NCBI GenBank assembly: GCA_965207455.1
Contig: CBDBMJ010000003.1
Span: 256,001 to 320,000, forward strand
Origin: Bdellovibrionota bacterium
GTDB taxonomy: Bacteria > Bdellovibrionota > UBA1018 > CAIPTA01 > JAALKR01
DNA: 64,000 nt
Reading direction: 5' to 3'
Shown piece after piece: positions 1 to 11,290 of the stretch (position 1 is the stretch's first letter; each line of letters opens with the position of its first letter). The notes under the pieces were generated by a model. That model worked only from the letters and a program-made list of their open reading frames with translations, was not told the DNA's origin and did not search any database. The translations under genes were made by a program, and so were the position numbers.

Positions 1-440
1 AATACCTATACCTAAGGGCTGAGTTCGACAATTTTCGGAAGCGAATGCAGCGAGAACGGGAGGACACCTTAAAGTACGGCAATGAGGACTTTATTCGTTC
101 CTTGCTTTTGGTTCTGGACAACTTTCAGCGGGCTGCGGATCACGCTCTTTCCCTAAAGCCGGAAAAAGGTTCTCCTGCGGAGCAAATCCTCCAGGGTGTC
201 CAAATGACCCAGGAACAGCTCTTGGAAACATTGAAGGATCAAGGTTTGGAGGAGATCAAAAGTCTAGGTGGGATCTTTGACCCCAACTTCCACGAGGCAG
301 TTACCCAAAAGGAAGGCGACGGGGAAAAGGAAAACACGATTATCAAGGAGCACCAAAAAGGGTATCTCCTGAACAAGCGGCTACTGAGGGCTGCGAAAGT
401 AACAGTCATAAAATTAAACAAAGAAAGCGAAGGAAAATAA
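1..440 (+). CDS. grpE: Nucleotide exchange factor GrpE (5'-truncated by window edge)
   Basis: Frame is open from the window start ([12 protein letters not shown]); FDPNFHEA and [15 protein letters not shown] motifs; directly upstream of dnaK. Confidence 0.95.
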   Translation, partial: YLYLRAEFDNFRKRMQREREDTLKYGNEDFIRSLLLVLDNFQRAADHALSLKPEKGSPAEQILQGVQMTQEQLLETLKDQGLEEIKSLGGIFDPNFHEAVTQKEGDGEKENTIIKEHQKGYLLNKRLLRAAKVTVIKLNKESEGK

Positions 441-442
441 GT

Positions 443-2389
443 ATGTCAAAAATAATTGGAATAGATCTGGGAACAACAAACTCATGTGTCTCTGTTTTAG
501 ACGGTGGTAAGCCTAAGGTAATACCGAATGCTGAGGGTAATAATACAACACCGTCAGTGGTGGCTTTTACCGATAGTGGCGAGCAGTTGGTGGGTACCAC
601 TGCAAAACGACAAGCAGTAACGAATCCGAAAAACACCATCTTCGAGTCCAAGCGACTCATGGGTCGCAAGTCCGATTCAAAAGAGGTGAAAGAGTTTATA
701 AAAGTATCTCCATTTTCTGTGGTAGCTGGCAATGAAGGAAGTGCTTATGTGGAGGTAAAGGGAAAGAAATATTCCCCTCAAGAAATAGCTGCTCAGGTTT
801 TAATGAAGATGAAAACGACGGCAGAGGACTATTTGGGAGAGTCGGTTTCTGAAGCGATTGTAACGGTACCTGCGTATTTCGACGATGTTCAAAGACAGGC
901 CACCAAAGATGCGGGAAAAATTGCTGGACTGGATATAAAGCGAATCATTAACGAGCCCACAGCTGCGGCCCTCTCCTACGGTCTGGACAAGAAAAAGGAC
1001 ATGAAGATCGCTGTTTTTGATTTAGGTGGTGGTACTTTTGACGTTTCCATTTTAGAGATTGGAGATGGAGTGTTTGAGGTAAAAGCCACAAACGGAGATA
1101 CGTTCCTTGGTGGTGGAAACTTTGACCAGAAGATTATTAATTTTCTTGCCGAAGAATTCAAGAAGGCTAATGGTATCGATCTTCGTGAGGACACTATGGC
1201 TCTCCAGCGACTCAAAGAGGCAGCGGAAAAAGCCAAGCACGAACTTTCTTCTGCCACTGAGACCAACGTGAGTCTACCTTTTATTACGGCGGATTCTTCT
1301 GGACCCAAGCACCTAAGCGTTGCTATCAGCAGGGGGAAATTGGAATCTTTAGTATCCGATCTTCTCCAAGCATTGGAAAAGCCCTGTGAAGAGGCTTTGA
1401 AAGACTCTGGATTTTCCAAGTCGGAAATCGATGAAATTATCCTCGTGGGTGGAATGACTCGTATGCCGAAAGTTCAGGAAAAGGTGAAGGAAATTTTTGG
1501 AAAGGAACCCAGCAAGGGAGTGAATCCCGATGAGGTGGTTGCCATCGGTGCTGCCATTCAGGGTGGGGTTCTTCGAGGTGATGTGAAGGATGTTTTACTC
1601 TTGGATGTCACCCCTCTTACTTTGGGAATTGAAACGTTAAATAGTATGGCCACGCCTTTGATTGAGAAAAATACCACTATCCCTACGAAAAAATCTCAGG
1701 TGTTTTCCACTGCGGCCGACGGACAAACAGCCGTAACGATCCATGTGATTCAGGGAGAGCGCTCCTTTGCTAAGGACAATAAGTCCTTAGGGAAATTCGA
1801 CTTAGTCGGAATCCCTTCGGCCCCAAGGGGAGTTCCTCAAATTGAGGTTACCTTCGACATCGATGCCAACGGCATAGTAAATGTCTCCGCAAAAGACATG
1901 GGGACGGGGAAAAAGCAAAATATCCAAATCACTGCCAGTGGTGGCCTGTCCAAGGAGGAAGTGGAAAGAATGGTCCAGGATGCGGAAAAAAACAAAGAGC
2001 AGGACGGCAAGCGCAAGGAAGTGGTGGATGCTCGTAATGAGCTAGACACACTGTACTATTCCTGCGAGAAAACTCTTAAGGAGAACAAGGAAAAGCTCTC
2101 GGACGCAACAAAAGGCCCCGCGGACAGTGCCATGGTGACTGCCAAGAAGTTAATCGATGAGAAAAGTGAGGATATCCCCACCATGAAGAAAGCCACGGAA
2201 GAGTTGCAAAAAGCTGCGAGCGCCTTAGCGGAGGAACTGTATAAGAAAAACGCGCCTAATCAGAAAAATGGGAGCGCTGAACAGGGCAAAGATCCTGGAG
2301 GGGCAAACATGGGTGGAGAGGGTGAAGAACCACCCAAGGCAGGAAAAAAGAAGGAAGATATTATAGACGCAGACTTTAAAGAAGTGTAA
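443..2389 (+). CDS. dnaK: Chaperone DnaK (Hsp70)
   Basis: [36 protein letters not shown] motifs; C-terminal IDADFKEV. Confidence 0.99.
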   Translation: MSKIIGIDLGTTNSCVSVLDGGKPKVIPNAEGNNTTPSVVAFTDSGEQLVGTTAKRQAVTNPKNTIFESKRLMGRKSDSKEVKEFIKVSPFSVVAGNEGSAYVEVKGKKYSPQEIAAQVLMKMKTTAEDYLGESVSEAIVTVPAYFDDVQRQATKDAGKIAGLDIKRIINEPTAAALSYGLDKKKDMKIAVFDLGGGTFDVSILEIGDGVFEVKATNGDTFLGGGNFDQKIINFLAEEFKKANGIDLREDTMALQRLKEAAEKAKHELSSATETNVSLPFITADSSGPKHLSVAISRGKLESLVSDLLQALEKPCEEALKDSGFSKSEIDEIILVGGMTRMPKVQEKVKEIFGKEPSKGVNPDEVVAIGAAIQGGVLRGDVKDVLLLDVTPLTLGIETLNSMATPLIEKNTTIPTKKSQVFSTAADGQTAVTIHVIQGERSFAKDNKSLGKFDLVGIPSAPRGVPQIEVTFDIDANGIVNVSAKDMGTGKKQNIQITASGGLSKEEVERMVQDAEKNKEQDGKRKEVVDARNELDTLYYSCEKTLKENKEKLSDATKGPADSAMVTAKKLIDEKSEDIPTMKKATEELQKAASALAEELYKKNAPNQKNGSAEQGKDPGGANMGGEGEEPPKAGKKKEDIIDADFKEV

Positions 2390-2412
2390 AAAATAAAGAA
2401 GACTGTGGAGTT

Positions 2413-2462
2413 AACCCTTAGGAATCTTAGAAAATCAGGACTTCTAGGGGTTAGATTTTTTT
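2413..2462 (+). terminator. Possible stem-loop/terminator between dnaK and dnaJ
   Basis: aacccttag...ctaggggtt imperfect inverted repeat followed by a T run. Confidence 0.4.
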
Positions 2463-3590
2463 ATGGGACAAGCAGATTATTACGACCTTTTAGGAATATC
2501 GAAAAATGCTTCCAGCGCGGAAGTGAAAAAAGCGTTTCGCAAGAAGGCAGTTAAGTACCATCCCGATAAAAACGTGGGCAATCCAGCGGCCGAAGAAAAA
2601 TTTAAAGAGGCGATGCGAGCCTATGAAGTTTTAAGTGACGGTGAAAAACGCCAAGCCTACGATCAGTTTGGTCACGAAGGCGTGGATGGTATGGACGGGG
2701 GCTTTGGAGGTTCTGGCTCCAACAATGTTAATATCAATGATATTTTTGGGGATATTTTCGGAGGAATTTTCGACGGGCACTTTGGAGGTCAGGGTCGTGG
2801 GCGGAGTGCCCAGAGGGGTACACCTGGGGAAAGTCTCCAGAACGAAATAGAAATACCGTTTAAGGCGGCTGCCACAGGCATAACAAAAAAAGTAAAAATT
2901 TGGAGAGAGACGGCCTGTGAGCCATGCCATGCAACTGGTTCACGGTCGAAAAAAGTAAAAACTTGTGGTGCCTGTAATGGTGCGGGACAGGTTCACTATC
3001 AACAGGGTTTTCTCACAATGGCAAGAACGTGCCCAACCTGTAGAGGAGACGGAACGACTATTGGAGACCCCTGCAAGATTTGTAAAGGAAACGGACGGAT
3101 CGAAAAAGAATCAAAGATTGAAATAAAAATCCCAGCTGGTATCGACTCCGGACAACGCTTGAAATTGAATGGCAAAGGAAACTGTGGTTTGAATGGAGGG
3201 CGCAGTGGTGATCTCTATATTGTGGTAAATGTACAGCCCCATCCACTGTTTGAGCGTGAGGGTCATGATATTTTTTGTGAAGTTCCCATTTCCATCACCC
3301 AGGCCATACTCGGCGCTTCCATTAAAGTGCCCAGTCTTAACGGCATGGTAGAGGTAAGCATTCCTGCGGGAACCCAAAGTCACAAAATACTTCGCCTGAA
3401 AAATAAGGGTTTGCCCAAGCTCACAAGCCATGGACGTGGGGATCAGTTGCTCCGTATAATTCTGGAAACTCCCACCAACCTTTCAAAGGAACAAAAAAAT
3501 ATTTTACGAAAGCTCGACGAAACATACGACGATCGTTCCATGCCCATGAAAAAAGATTTCCTAAGTAGAGTGAAGGAACTGTTTGGATGA
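2463..3590 (+). CDS. dnaJ: Chaperone DnaJ
   Basis: J domain with HPD, G/F-rich region, four CxxCxxxG zinc-finger repeats. Confidence 0.98.
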   Translation: MGQADYYDLLGISKNASSAEVKKAFRKKAVKYHPDKNVGNPAAEEKFKEAMRAYEVLSDGEKRQAYDQFGHEGVDGMDGGFGGSGSNNVNINDIFGDIFGGIFDGHFGGQGRGRSAQRGTPGESLQNEIEIPFKAAATGITKKVKIWRETACEPCHATGSRSKKVKTCGACNGAGQVHYQQGFLTMARTCPTCRGDGTTIGDPCKICKGNGRIEKESKIEIKIPAGIDSGQRLKLNGKGNCGLNGGRSGDLYIVVNVQPHPLFEREGHDIFCEVPISITQAILGASIKVPSLNGMVEVSIPAGTQSHKILRLKNKGLPKLTSHGRGDQLLRIILETPTNLSKEQKNILRKLDETYDDRSMPMKKDFLSRVKELFG

Positions 3591-5647
3591 ACGTATTTAA
3601 ATCTTTTCTAGTTATTTCCACCGCTATTTTTTTTCTAACGCCTGTGCAGTCACCAACCCTGTCCGCAACCCGAGAATCGCGCACTCCACAGCGACTAGAA
3701 AAATCGGACCGATCCTACCTGCGCGCTGAGCTTCTTTTCTTAGAAAAGAAACCCGACGAATCAATGCTAGTACTGGATACATTTTTTAAAGAAGACAGAA
3801 AATATAGTTCCATTCCCACATTGGTTAAAGCATTGAACCTCCGTGGACTTATTCAGTTCCGACTAAAAAATATTCATCCAGCCATTAAAGACTTCCGCCA
3901 AGCCGTAACCATTGCTACAAAAAATATGTCCGCCTCCAACCCCAGTCTCCATTTACTGCGCTACAACCTGGCAAAGGCTTATTATCAAAATGAGGAGATT
4001 GAAAGATCGAAAGACATTCTTTTAACGATTGAGCCACGACTCCTCCACTCAGACGTAAGGATTCGCCTATATAATTTAATTGGTAACACGTTCTTAAAAC
4101 TAAAAAAATATATCCCTGCCATCACTGCTTTTCTACTCACTGCCAACGAATTAGAGGAGAAGAATCCTGTTACCACTCGAGCGCTCACACGCAAGGCTCT
4201 AGCCATATCTAAGAATATTTTTTTACATAACGAAAAATCGGACTTAAAAAAACTCAATGCATACAAAAGCAAAATGCGCCCCAATAGTACGGGCATTTGG
4301 GCCCTTCGCCTAATCCTCTCCAAGGGTTACGCCAAGATCGGGGAGCGAAAAGAGGCCAAAAATATATTACGTGCATTTTTGGAGCATTCCAGTCTGCGAT
4401 CTCATCCTTTAGAGAAAAATGCTCGTGCCATGCTCTCTCTCCTAGAAAAACTTTCTCTGGTAAAGCCAAACAGAATCGGCATTTTACTTCCCATCTCCGG
4501 TCAGTTTGCAAAGTACGGTCAACTGAGTTTAAGTGCAGCTCTTATGGCCTTAGAGCAATTTAAAACGGTCGACAGCCCACCCAATGAAACGGACATCACT
4601 CTCGTTATTCGGGACTCCGGTCCCTCTCCTGAAAGTGCCCTACAGGCTTTTGAAAAGTTAGTCACTGAAGATCAGGTGATTGCTGTGGTTGGTCCCTTAC
4701 TGAGTAAGCAAGCCATTCCCGTAGCTCAAAAAGCTCAGGAGTACGGCGTGCCTCTTTTCAGTCTCAGCCAAAAGCAGGGTTTGAAAGCACTGGGTTCCTA
4801 TATTTTCCCCATTGCGCTCACACCTCAGCAGCAGGTGAGCATGCTTGCTAACTATACGATGAATGTAAAAAATCAGCGTCGATTTCTTATCTTAGCGCCT
4901 AGAAATAAAATCGGAAAAGAATATGTGCGACTCTTTTGGAGTGCTGTAAAAGAAAATGGTGGAGAAATTAAGGGAGTGGAGTACTACGCTCCTGGAAGTA
5001 CGGATTTCCGGAATGAAATAAAAAAACTTGTGGGGTTATATCACTTGGATGCCAGAACGCTGGAATCGGACCAAATAGGCGACTTAAAAGAACAATATAT
5101 TGCTTCCTTCGATGAGAAAAAACCGTCACGACATTCCTTAAAAAAATTCACTCTTGGTTCCATAGTGGACTTTGATGCTATTTTTGTACCTGACGGACCT
5201 CAGGTGATTGGTCAGGTAGCACCCTCCTTTGCCGTTTATGATGTTAAAAATATACCTTTCCTAGGTTTAAATACTTGGAACACTCCGGACATTATTCGAA
5301 GAGCGGGGAGATTTTTGCAACAAGCTGTTTTTGTGGATACCTTCTACACGGGAACAAAGAATAGGGCCGCCATGGCGTTTGAGAAGGAATTTGGTGAAGA
5401 GTTTGGGAGAGTGCCGGGCACACTGGAAGTACAGGCCAACGATGCCACTCGGATAATCATCCAAACCCTTAAAAAAGGAGGTACGAAAACCCGGGCAGGT
5501 TTGAAAAACCAAATCCTAGACAAATCAAAATATTTAGGTATATCAGGAGACTATATCTTCTTGGAAAACAAGGTTCTGCGCACTGCGTACCTCCTAGGGG
5601 TAACAGGTAAAAAAATTACAAGAATTCAGGCCCCCACTGATTTATAG
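3587..5647 (+). CDS. LpoA/LppC-like penicillin-binding protein activator (TPR region plus periplasmic-binding-protein fold)
   Basis: Signal peptide; TPR-like N-half; [27 protein letters not shown] motifs typical of LppC/YraM-type domains. Confidence 0.75.
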   Translation: MNVFKSFLVISTAIFFLTPVQSPTLSATRESRTPQRLEKSDRSYLRAELLFLEKKPDESMLVLDTFFKEDRKYSSIPTLVKALNLRGLIQFRLKNIHPAIKDFRQAVTIATKNMSASNPSLHLLRYNLAKAYYQNEEIERSKDILLTIEPRLLHSDVRIRLYNLIGNTFLKLKKYIPAITAFLLTANELEEKNPVTTRALTRKALAISKNIFLHNEKSDLKKLNAYKSKMRPNSTGIWALRLILSKGYAKIGERKEAKNILRAFLEHSSLRSHPLEKNARAMLSLLEKLSLVKPNRIGILLPISGQFAKYGQLSLSAALMALEQFKTVDSPPNETDITLVIRDSGPSPESALQAFEKLVTEDQVIAVVGPLLSKQAIPVAQKAQEYGVPLFSLSQKQGLKALGSYIFPIALTPQQQVSMLANYTMNVKNQRRFLILAPRNKIGKEYVRLFWSAVKENGGEIKGVEYYAPGSTDFRNEIKKLVGLYHLDARTLESDQIGDLKEQYIASFDEKKPSRHSLKKFTLGSIVDFDAIFVPDGPQVIGQVAPSFAVYDVKNIPFLGLNTWNTPDIIRRAGRFLQQAVFVDTFYTGTKNRAAMAFEKEFGEEFGRVPGTLEVQANDATRIIIQTLKKGGTKTRAGLKNQILDKSKYLGISGDYIFLENKVLRTAYLLGVTGKKITRIQAPTDL

Positions 5648-5716
5648 CTTCCTTTTCCTTTCATCAAATATATTTTATAATTTATATAGAAAGTAATTTT
5701 CATCATGGAGGGTGAT

Positions 5717-7105
5717 TTGCCGCCGATTTCATTAGGAACAAATATTCCTGGTCTACCCAAAGATATTGTAGAGCAATTGATGGCAGCCAAGCGCCGTCCG
5801 ATCGTGCAGTTAGAAAAACGAAAAGAAAATGAAGAGGCTCGTTTAAAACTTATTAGCACGCTCTCTGAACACTTAAATGGATTTAATAGTAAGTTCAACG
5901 GGCTAAGCACATTTTCTAAATTTCAAGAACTCAAGGGGAGTGTGGGAGAACCTGATCTCCTCGATATTTCTATAAATAAAGAACTGGCTAAGCCTGGGGA
6001 GTACAGGCTTGAGATTTTAGATCTCGCTGAAAACTCCTCCATGATTTCCAATGGCTTTGCAGATCCAAACAAGACAGATATTGGAGTTGGTTATTTTAGC
6101 TACGAGCTTCCCAATGGTGAGGAAAGGGAAGTCTATATTGATGGAAATGAAAATACACTATACGGTATTGCAAAAAAAATAAACGCTCAGAAAGATTTAA
6201 ATTTAGATGCTCTAGTGGTAAATGACGGCACTGGCGAAGAGAACTCTTGGCGTCTTATCGTCAACTATAAAGATACGGGAGAAGTCAACGATGCTGAATT
6301 TCCTAATTTTTATTTTATCGGTGGCGATGAAGATTTCTCTTTAGACCAGGAAAGACCTGCCAGAAATGCCGTACTCAAAGTAAATGGATTTTCTATAGAG
6401 TTTGATAAGAGTAAAATAAATGAATTACTCCCAGGGATTACGTTGGATTTAAAAAGATCTGCTCCAGGAAAAGAGTTCACCTTAAAGATAGAGGCAGATG
6501 AGGTGAAGATTGGTGAAAAAATAAAAAGTTTCGTGGGAAACATGAATAAAATTTTTAGTTTTATACAGGATCAAAATAAATTAGGAGAAGACACGGATAC
6601 CTCAAAAACATTAGGTGGAGACATTACCATACAAAATATAGAAAGTATGCTGAGAAGATTGGTAATTACTCCGCTAAAAACTGGCAAAGGGACTCTTCGG
6701 TTAAACGATATCGGCATAACCTTTCAGCGTGATGGAACTCTGAGTATTAAAGAAGAGAAATTAAATCAAAAATTAGAAACCGACCTCGACTCGGTTAAAG
6801 AATACTTTGCAGGTATAAACAGTAACGGTAATGGTTTTGCAGGAAAAGCCATGAAAATGATACAAAACTATACTAAAATTAATGGAACAGTCCGTGCGAG
6901 AGAAGATGGAATAAAGCGAAGAATTCAGGATATAGAGAAGCAAATTGAATCAAAAGAAAGGGAGTTAGAAGTCACCAAAAAGCACCTTAAACGAAAATTT
7001 TCCAAATTAGAAGCCACCCTAGTCAGATTGAGATCTCAGCAACAGCAAGTTCAGGCTACATTAGGTGGCTCCAGTCTATTGGATCAAATTTCAACAGGGG
7101 GCTAA
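5717..7105 (+). CDS. fliD: Flagellar filament cap protein FliD
   Basis: FliD N-terminus (IVEQLMAAKRRP), LPGITLDLK, IGITFQRDGTL, C-terminal KFSKLE; likely TTG start at 5717 behind GGAGG (ORF track starts 5705). Confidence 0.93.
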   Translation: MPPISLGTNIPGLPKDIVEQLMAAKRRPIVQLEKRKENEEARLKLISTLSEHLNGFNSKFNGLSTFSKFQELKGSVGEPDLLDISINKELAKPGEYRLEILDLAENSSMISNGFADPNKTDIGVGYFSYELPNGEEREVYIDGNENTLYGIAKKINAQKDLNLDALVVNDGTGEENSWRLIVNYKDTGEVNDAEFPNFYFIGGDEDFSLDQERPARNAVLKVNGFSIEFDKSKINELLPGITLDLKRSAPGKEFTLKIEADEVKIGEKIKSFVGNMNKIFSFIQDQNKLGEDTDTSKTLGGDITIQNIESMLRRLVITPLKTGKGTLRLNDIGITFQRDGTLSIKEEKLNQKLETDLDSVKEYFAGINSNGNGFAGKAMKMIQNYTKINGTVRAREDGIKRRIQDIEKQIESKERELEVTKKHLKRKFSKLEATLVRLRSQQQQVQATLGGSSLLDQISTGG

Positions 7106-7129
7106 GAATCAAGGGGCTAAGTAAAAACA

Positions 7130-7555
7130 ATGACAAATCCGTATAAAACACAGGCCTACTATAAAACCCATGTTGAAACTGCCAGCAAGGAAGCTTTGCT
7201 TCTTATGCTCTATGAGGCTTGTATCCGCTTCTTAAAAAAAAGTAAAATAGCTCTAGAAAATAAGGACATCGCAGAAAAGGGAAAGATGCTCGGTAAGGCT
7301 CAAGATATTGTAAACGAACTGAATAGTACTCTAGATATGGAGAATGGCGGAGAAGTGATGGATCAGCTCCAAGCGCTCTATCTCTACGTCTCCACGCAAT
7401 CCACGGAAGCCAATATCCACAACGACCCCAAGAAAATAGATCATTGCATAAAGATAATGACTACTCTCCACGAGGGGTGGCAAGGCGCAGTAGAGCAATT
7501 ACAAGGACATTCGCCCCCCAGTTCCGCCAAAAAATTAGATATTCGGAGTAAGTAA
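7130..7555 (+). CDS. fliS: Flagellar export chaperone FliS
   Basis: VETASKEALLLMLYE, ELNSTLDMENGGE, LHEGW; follows fliD. Confidence 0.95.
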   Translation: MTNPYKTQAYYKTHVETASKEALLLMLYEACIRFLKKSKIALENKDIAEKGKMLGKAQDIVNELNSTLDMENGGEVMDQLQALYLYVSTQSTEANIHNDPKKIDHCIKIMTTLHEGWQGAVEQLQGHSPPSSAKKLDIRSK

Positions 7556-7989
7556 TGAAAGAACTCTTAGACTTAATAGAAAAGGGAAGCCGTTGGCAAA
7601 AAAAACTTTTTGATATTACTCAAAATTTTTTGCTAACCTTAGAGAAAGATTTGGATGCGGGGATGGATGAAATTGATCACTTCGTGAGCAATCGCCAAAG
7701 CCTATTGAATATAATCGATGGCAACACGGCAAAGATAAATCTCCTGCTCCAAGAAAAGAAGATAACAAGTATGGATGAGAAAAATTACAGGAAAGTGGAA
7801 TCATATGTTAGACAAAAAGAATCCATGCTTGAAAAAATTAACAGTACAGATACGAAAATACTAAAAATAGTAGAGTCCGTGAAAAGCGACGGCTTAAAAA
7901 AATTAAGAACGATTAACCATGGAAAGAAAGTAATCACAAATTATAAATTAAGGGGGGTTGATTCTTCGGAAATCGACTTAGAATTATGA
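7555..7989 (+). CDS. FliT/FlgN-like helical flagellar chaperone
   Basis: Small helical protein coupled to fliS (TAATG overlap), at the usual fliT position; sequence similarity weak. Confidence 0.5.
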   Translation: MKELLDLIEKGSRWQKKLFDITQNFLLTLEKDLDAGMDEIDHFVSNRQSLLNIIDGNTAKINLLLQEKKITSMDEKNYRKVESYVRQKESMLEKINSTDTKILKIVESVKSDGLKKLRTINHGKKVITNYKLRGVDSSEIDLEL

Positions 7990-9005
7990 CGATAGATTTA
8001 ATAGAAGATAAATACCTGGACCACAAGTTAAACTTTGAAAAGCTGCCTTCCATATATTCGTTGGTAGAAGAAACATTTACCGACACGGAGCAAAGCCCTT
8101 CCAACAAAGTGTACAAAGAAAATGGTGAACTCAATGCCACTTTTCTTTTAAAAAACACCCAAATACTCTTAGCAGCAAATGATTGGGCTTCTGCAAAGCC
8201 CATATTTGAAAGTTTAATTCAGCATGGGGAATACCTTGGTGCTGCTTACGCTGGCTTAGGTGTTTGCTTAGAATTGGCTGGTAGTTTGGATTCAGCGGTG
8301 CTTGCCTATAAAGAGGCTGTGATATACGAACCATCGTATATACCTCTTATTGCTTTAGCTGATCTGTTGATACGGAAGAAAAATAATAAAGAAGCCATAA
8401 GTGCACTGCTTCGATCCAGTCATTTACCAAAGATTAAAAAGGAAGAGTTGTTTAAGATTCAAAAATTATTGGGGAATTGCTACCTAAGAGAAAATCTCCT
8501 AGATCATGCTGAAAAACATTATAAGCAAGCATACGATTTGTGCCCAAATTCGGACACAATTCATGTAAGCATAGGCTGCCTAGCGATCCAAAAAAAGCAA
8601 GGAAACCTAGCAAACCAGCAATTTAATAATGCCTTGAAAATAAATGAAAACAATATAAGTGCCCATATCGGTCTTGGTCTTACCCACCTTATGCGAGAAG
8701 AAAAAATGATGGCCCACGACTCTTTTGCCCATGCCCTAGAAATAGAAAACACCACACCCATGGCGCTATACTATCTTGTAAAATGCGCCTATGAGCTTTC
8801 CTCCTACGACAAAGCAATTGAAATGCTATCTCAGTTTATTGTAAAAAATCCTGTGAACAGCAACATGCTCTTCAGTTTATCCGGGCTATATTTCCATAAA
8901 AAAGACTTTGTAAATTCCAAAAAACACTGTCTGGAACTACTGAGATTAAAACCAGAACATGAGGGATGCAGGAAATTATTAGAAAAGTTAGAAAGCATGA
9001 ACTAA
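7986..9005 (+). CDS. Tetratricopeptide repeat protein
   Basis: Multiple TPR-like units (AYAGLGVCL..A..AYKEA; LLGNCYL..AEKHYKQA..P). Confidence 0.85.
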   Translation: MTIDLIEDKYLDHKLNFEKLPSIYSLVEETFTDTEQSPSNKVYKENGELNATFLLKNTQILLAANDWASAKPIFESLIQHGEYLGAAYAGLGVCLELAGSLDSAVLAYKEAVIYEPSYIPLIALADLLIRKKNNKEAISALLRSSHLPKIKKEELFKIQKLLGNCYLRENLLDHAEKHYKQAYDLCPNSDTIHVSIGCLAIQKKQGNLANQQFNNALKINENNISAHIGLGLTHLMREEKMMAHDSFAHALEIENTTPMALYYLVKCAYELSSYDKAIEMLSQFIVKNPVNSNMLFSLSGLYFHKKDFVNSKKHCLELLRLKPEHEGCRKLLEKLESMN

Positions 9006-9025
9006 GCAGGAGCCCATCACAGACT

Positions 9026-10630
9026 ATGGACAAGTACCTAAAAAAAATAGCTATTATTCAATTAGGTAAAATAGAAGAACTACTGTTTACACTGCCCACA
9101 ATATCCGCTCTCTACAAAAAGAACGAAAATCCTGAAATAACTCTCATCCTAAGTCAAGCGTCCACCTCACTGGATTACAAAAAAGAAAATATCCACAAAA
9201 TAATTGTGGTGGACCCGGAGATGCCGAAAATTGGAGAAACAGAGGCATACGATCTCTTAGTAAATTTAACATTTACATATCAAGGCGCTCAATTATCAAG
9301 CGCACTAGAATCAAAAGCCAGACTAGGCCCATACCTAAACCATGAAACCCAAGAATATGAGCTCCCCGAATCATGGCTACAGTACTACCTATCCGTAGTA
9401 AACAAAACAAACTTAAACCCTTTCCACCTTGTGGATATATATAAATATATCGCTCAGGTGCCGGAACAAAATACTTCTATTGAAGTATCGCCTCAAGAGA
9501 TTTCTAGTTTTCTTCCTTTAGCTTCTCCCAGTTTAAAAATTGGATATGAAGTGAATAAAAAATGGCCCATAGCCCATGCAATTGAATCTATTCGAGATAT
9601 ATTAAATGCCTATCCTCAGGCCGTAGTTTTTTTATTGAGTGCCGGCACCAGTGCCAGCACCAGTGACGGCAATGAGATAGGAAAAGAAATCACCCATAGC
9701 TTAGGTTCTCGCTGCGTCGACCTATACAAGCAAAGCACACCTTCCGCTCTTATGGCTATTTGTAACCAACTGGATATTGTTGTGGGAAGTTGTTCCCTGC
9801 CCATTCACTTAGCCGCTGCTTGTAACACTCTCACCATAACTCTTGATTTTTTTAACCAGAATTTATACCAAATGGGTCCGTACGGTCATGGTCATCTTCT
9901 CATAACCTATCCTCCCAACAAAACAGGCGAGCTACCCATATCATCGAATTTTCTAGCCTCCACGCTAAAATTTATACTTTCCCATTCCGGCGATCATCCT
10001 TCATTAAATAGTTGGAAAGATTTTTTTAAGACAAACACATCCAATGCTCAAGTATTTCTTTCCCAAAGGATTATTTTTATGCAAAAGAAATCCCAGCGCG
10101 TAGACCTGATCTATGAGCCTTTAACAGAAAATGAGCATAGTTTTCAAGGAGTATTGTTTTCCATATATAGATTAGTCTGGCAATACTGTATACACGACTC
10201 CAACGACACCATATATCCAGTAGCTGTAAAAAAGGAATCCACCCAACATGCTCTCATCAACCTTCTCGACCCTATAAAAAAACTCTATCAAGCTGCCTCC
10301 TTTGGGATAGATTATACAAAAAAAACATCCGTTGCTCTTAAGTATAATGATTTAAAAATGGCTGAGAACTATTCTTCTAAACTCCAAGAGGTGGATGATT
10401 TAATAGAATCCCTATCCCAAAAGTTCCGCCCCTTGCAGCCAATTTGTAATTTCTACCGGACACACCAATTCTACAATAAAAAAGTAGACCTTATGGAACA
10501 AGTTAATGCATCTCTCAATGCTTACGAGACAATTAGAAAGCAAAGCCTAATCATAGAAGACCTCATACAAAATGTAACTAGGAAAAAAGATGAAAAACAC
10601 CAAATACCACAACCAAGTTTTATTAAGTGA
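9026..10630 (+). CDS. Glycosyltransferase family 9 (heptosyltransferase-like) with C-terminal helical extension
   Basis: KIAIIQLGKIEELLFTLP N-terminus and DIVVGSCSLPIHLAAAC resemble GT9 motifs; start moved to ATG 9026 (ORF track 8966). Confidence 0.65.
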   Translation: MDKYLKKIAIIQLGKIEELLFTLPTISALYKKNENPEITLILSQASTSLDYKKENIHKIIVVDPEMPKIGETEAYDLLVNLTFTYQGAQLSSALESKARLGPYLNHETQEYELPESWLQYYLSVVNKTNLNPFHLVDIYKYIAQVPEQNTSIEVSPQEISSFLPLASPSLKIGYEVNKKWPIAHAIESIRDILNAYPQAVVFLLSAGTSASTSDGNEIGKEITHSLGSRCVDLYKQSTPSALMAICNQLDIVVGSCSLPIHLAAACNTLTITLDFFNQNLYQMGPYGHGHLLITYPPNKTGELPISSNFLASTLKFILSHSGDHPSLNSWKDFFKTNTSNAQVFLSQRIIFMQKKSQRVDLIYEPLTENEHSFQGVLFSIYRLVWQYCIHDSNDTIYPVAVKKESTQHALINLLDPIKKLYQAASFGIDYTKKTSVALKYNDLKMAENYSSKLQEVDDLIESLSQKFRPLQPICNFYRTHQFYNKKVDLMEQVNASLNAYETIRKQSLIIEDLIQNVTRKKDEKHQIPQPSFIK

Positions 10631-10633
10631 CTT

Positions 10634-11257
10634 ATGAAAACAACAATCTATATCAATGGAAACGAAAAAAAATTAGATGGAGATATGCTCTTTGGAGAAT
10701 TAATTGAAGAGATCAATAGTGGTCTTGACAATAAATCCTCTATTATTTCCAAAATAAAAATTGGGGATAATTTCATATATGGAGATATAGAAGATAAGTA
10801 CTCCAAAACAAAATTAAAGTTACTGGATAAAATTGATTTGTATATTGCCGATCCACTAGACCTAGCTTTTGAAGCTCTGTCATCGTCCACAGATTATATA
10901 AAAAAAATAATCGCCCAAAGCCAAAAGACAGGTGCGCTGTATGAACACGACGTACCTAAAAGACTGGTGGAGCCTGCGTTTGTGTTGCTAGTAAATGGTT
11001 TAAATAACTTAGCTGAACTGCTGGCTTCTGCACAATATATTGTAAGGACTAGGCTCAACACCTCTGGGGTAGATGAATCTCCCCTTCGAATTGCACAAGC
11101 TCGCCTAACCTCTGCCATACGAGAGCTACTGCCTGCAAAGGAAGAAAATAATAGAGAGCTCTTAGCAGATGTACTCTCCAAGGAAATTCCTGAAGCTCTT
11201 ATGGAGTTAATGGATGAAGGACTCCCAGTGCTTCATAAAATGAAGCCATCTAATTAA
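10634..11257 (+). CDS. Hypothetical protein (flagellar-locus associated)
   Basis: 207-aa ORF, 3 bp after the GT9 gene. Confidence 0.7.
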   Translation: MKTTIYINGNEKKLDGDMLFGELIEEINSGLDNKSSIISKIKIGDNFIYGDIEDKYSKTKLKLLDKIDLYIADPLDLAFEALSSSTDYIKKIIAQSQKTGALYEHDVPKRLVEPAFVLLVNGLNNLAELLASAQYIVRTRLNTSGVDESPLRIAQARLTSAIRELLPAKEENNRELLADVLSKEIPEALMELMDEGLPVLHKMKPSN

Positions 11258-11290
11258 GTCAATAAAAACAATAAGTTATAATTTTTTGAG

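Noticed and set aside
239..3684. Antisense and alternate-frame ORFs over grpE, dnaK and dnaJ (and similar short ORFs over nuo, mfd and the TPR gene)
   Set aside because: Shadow ORFs of strongly conserved genes, with no motifs or RBS support
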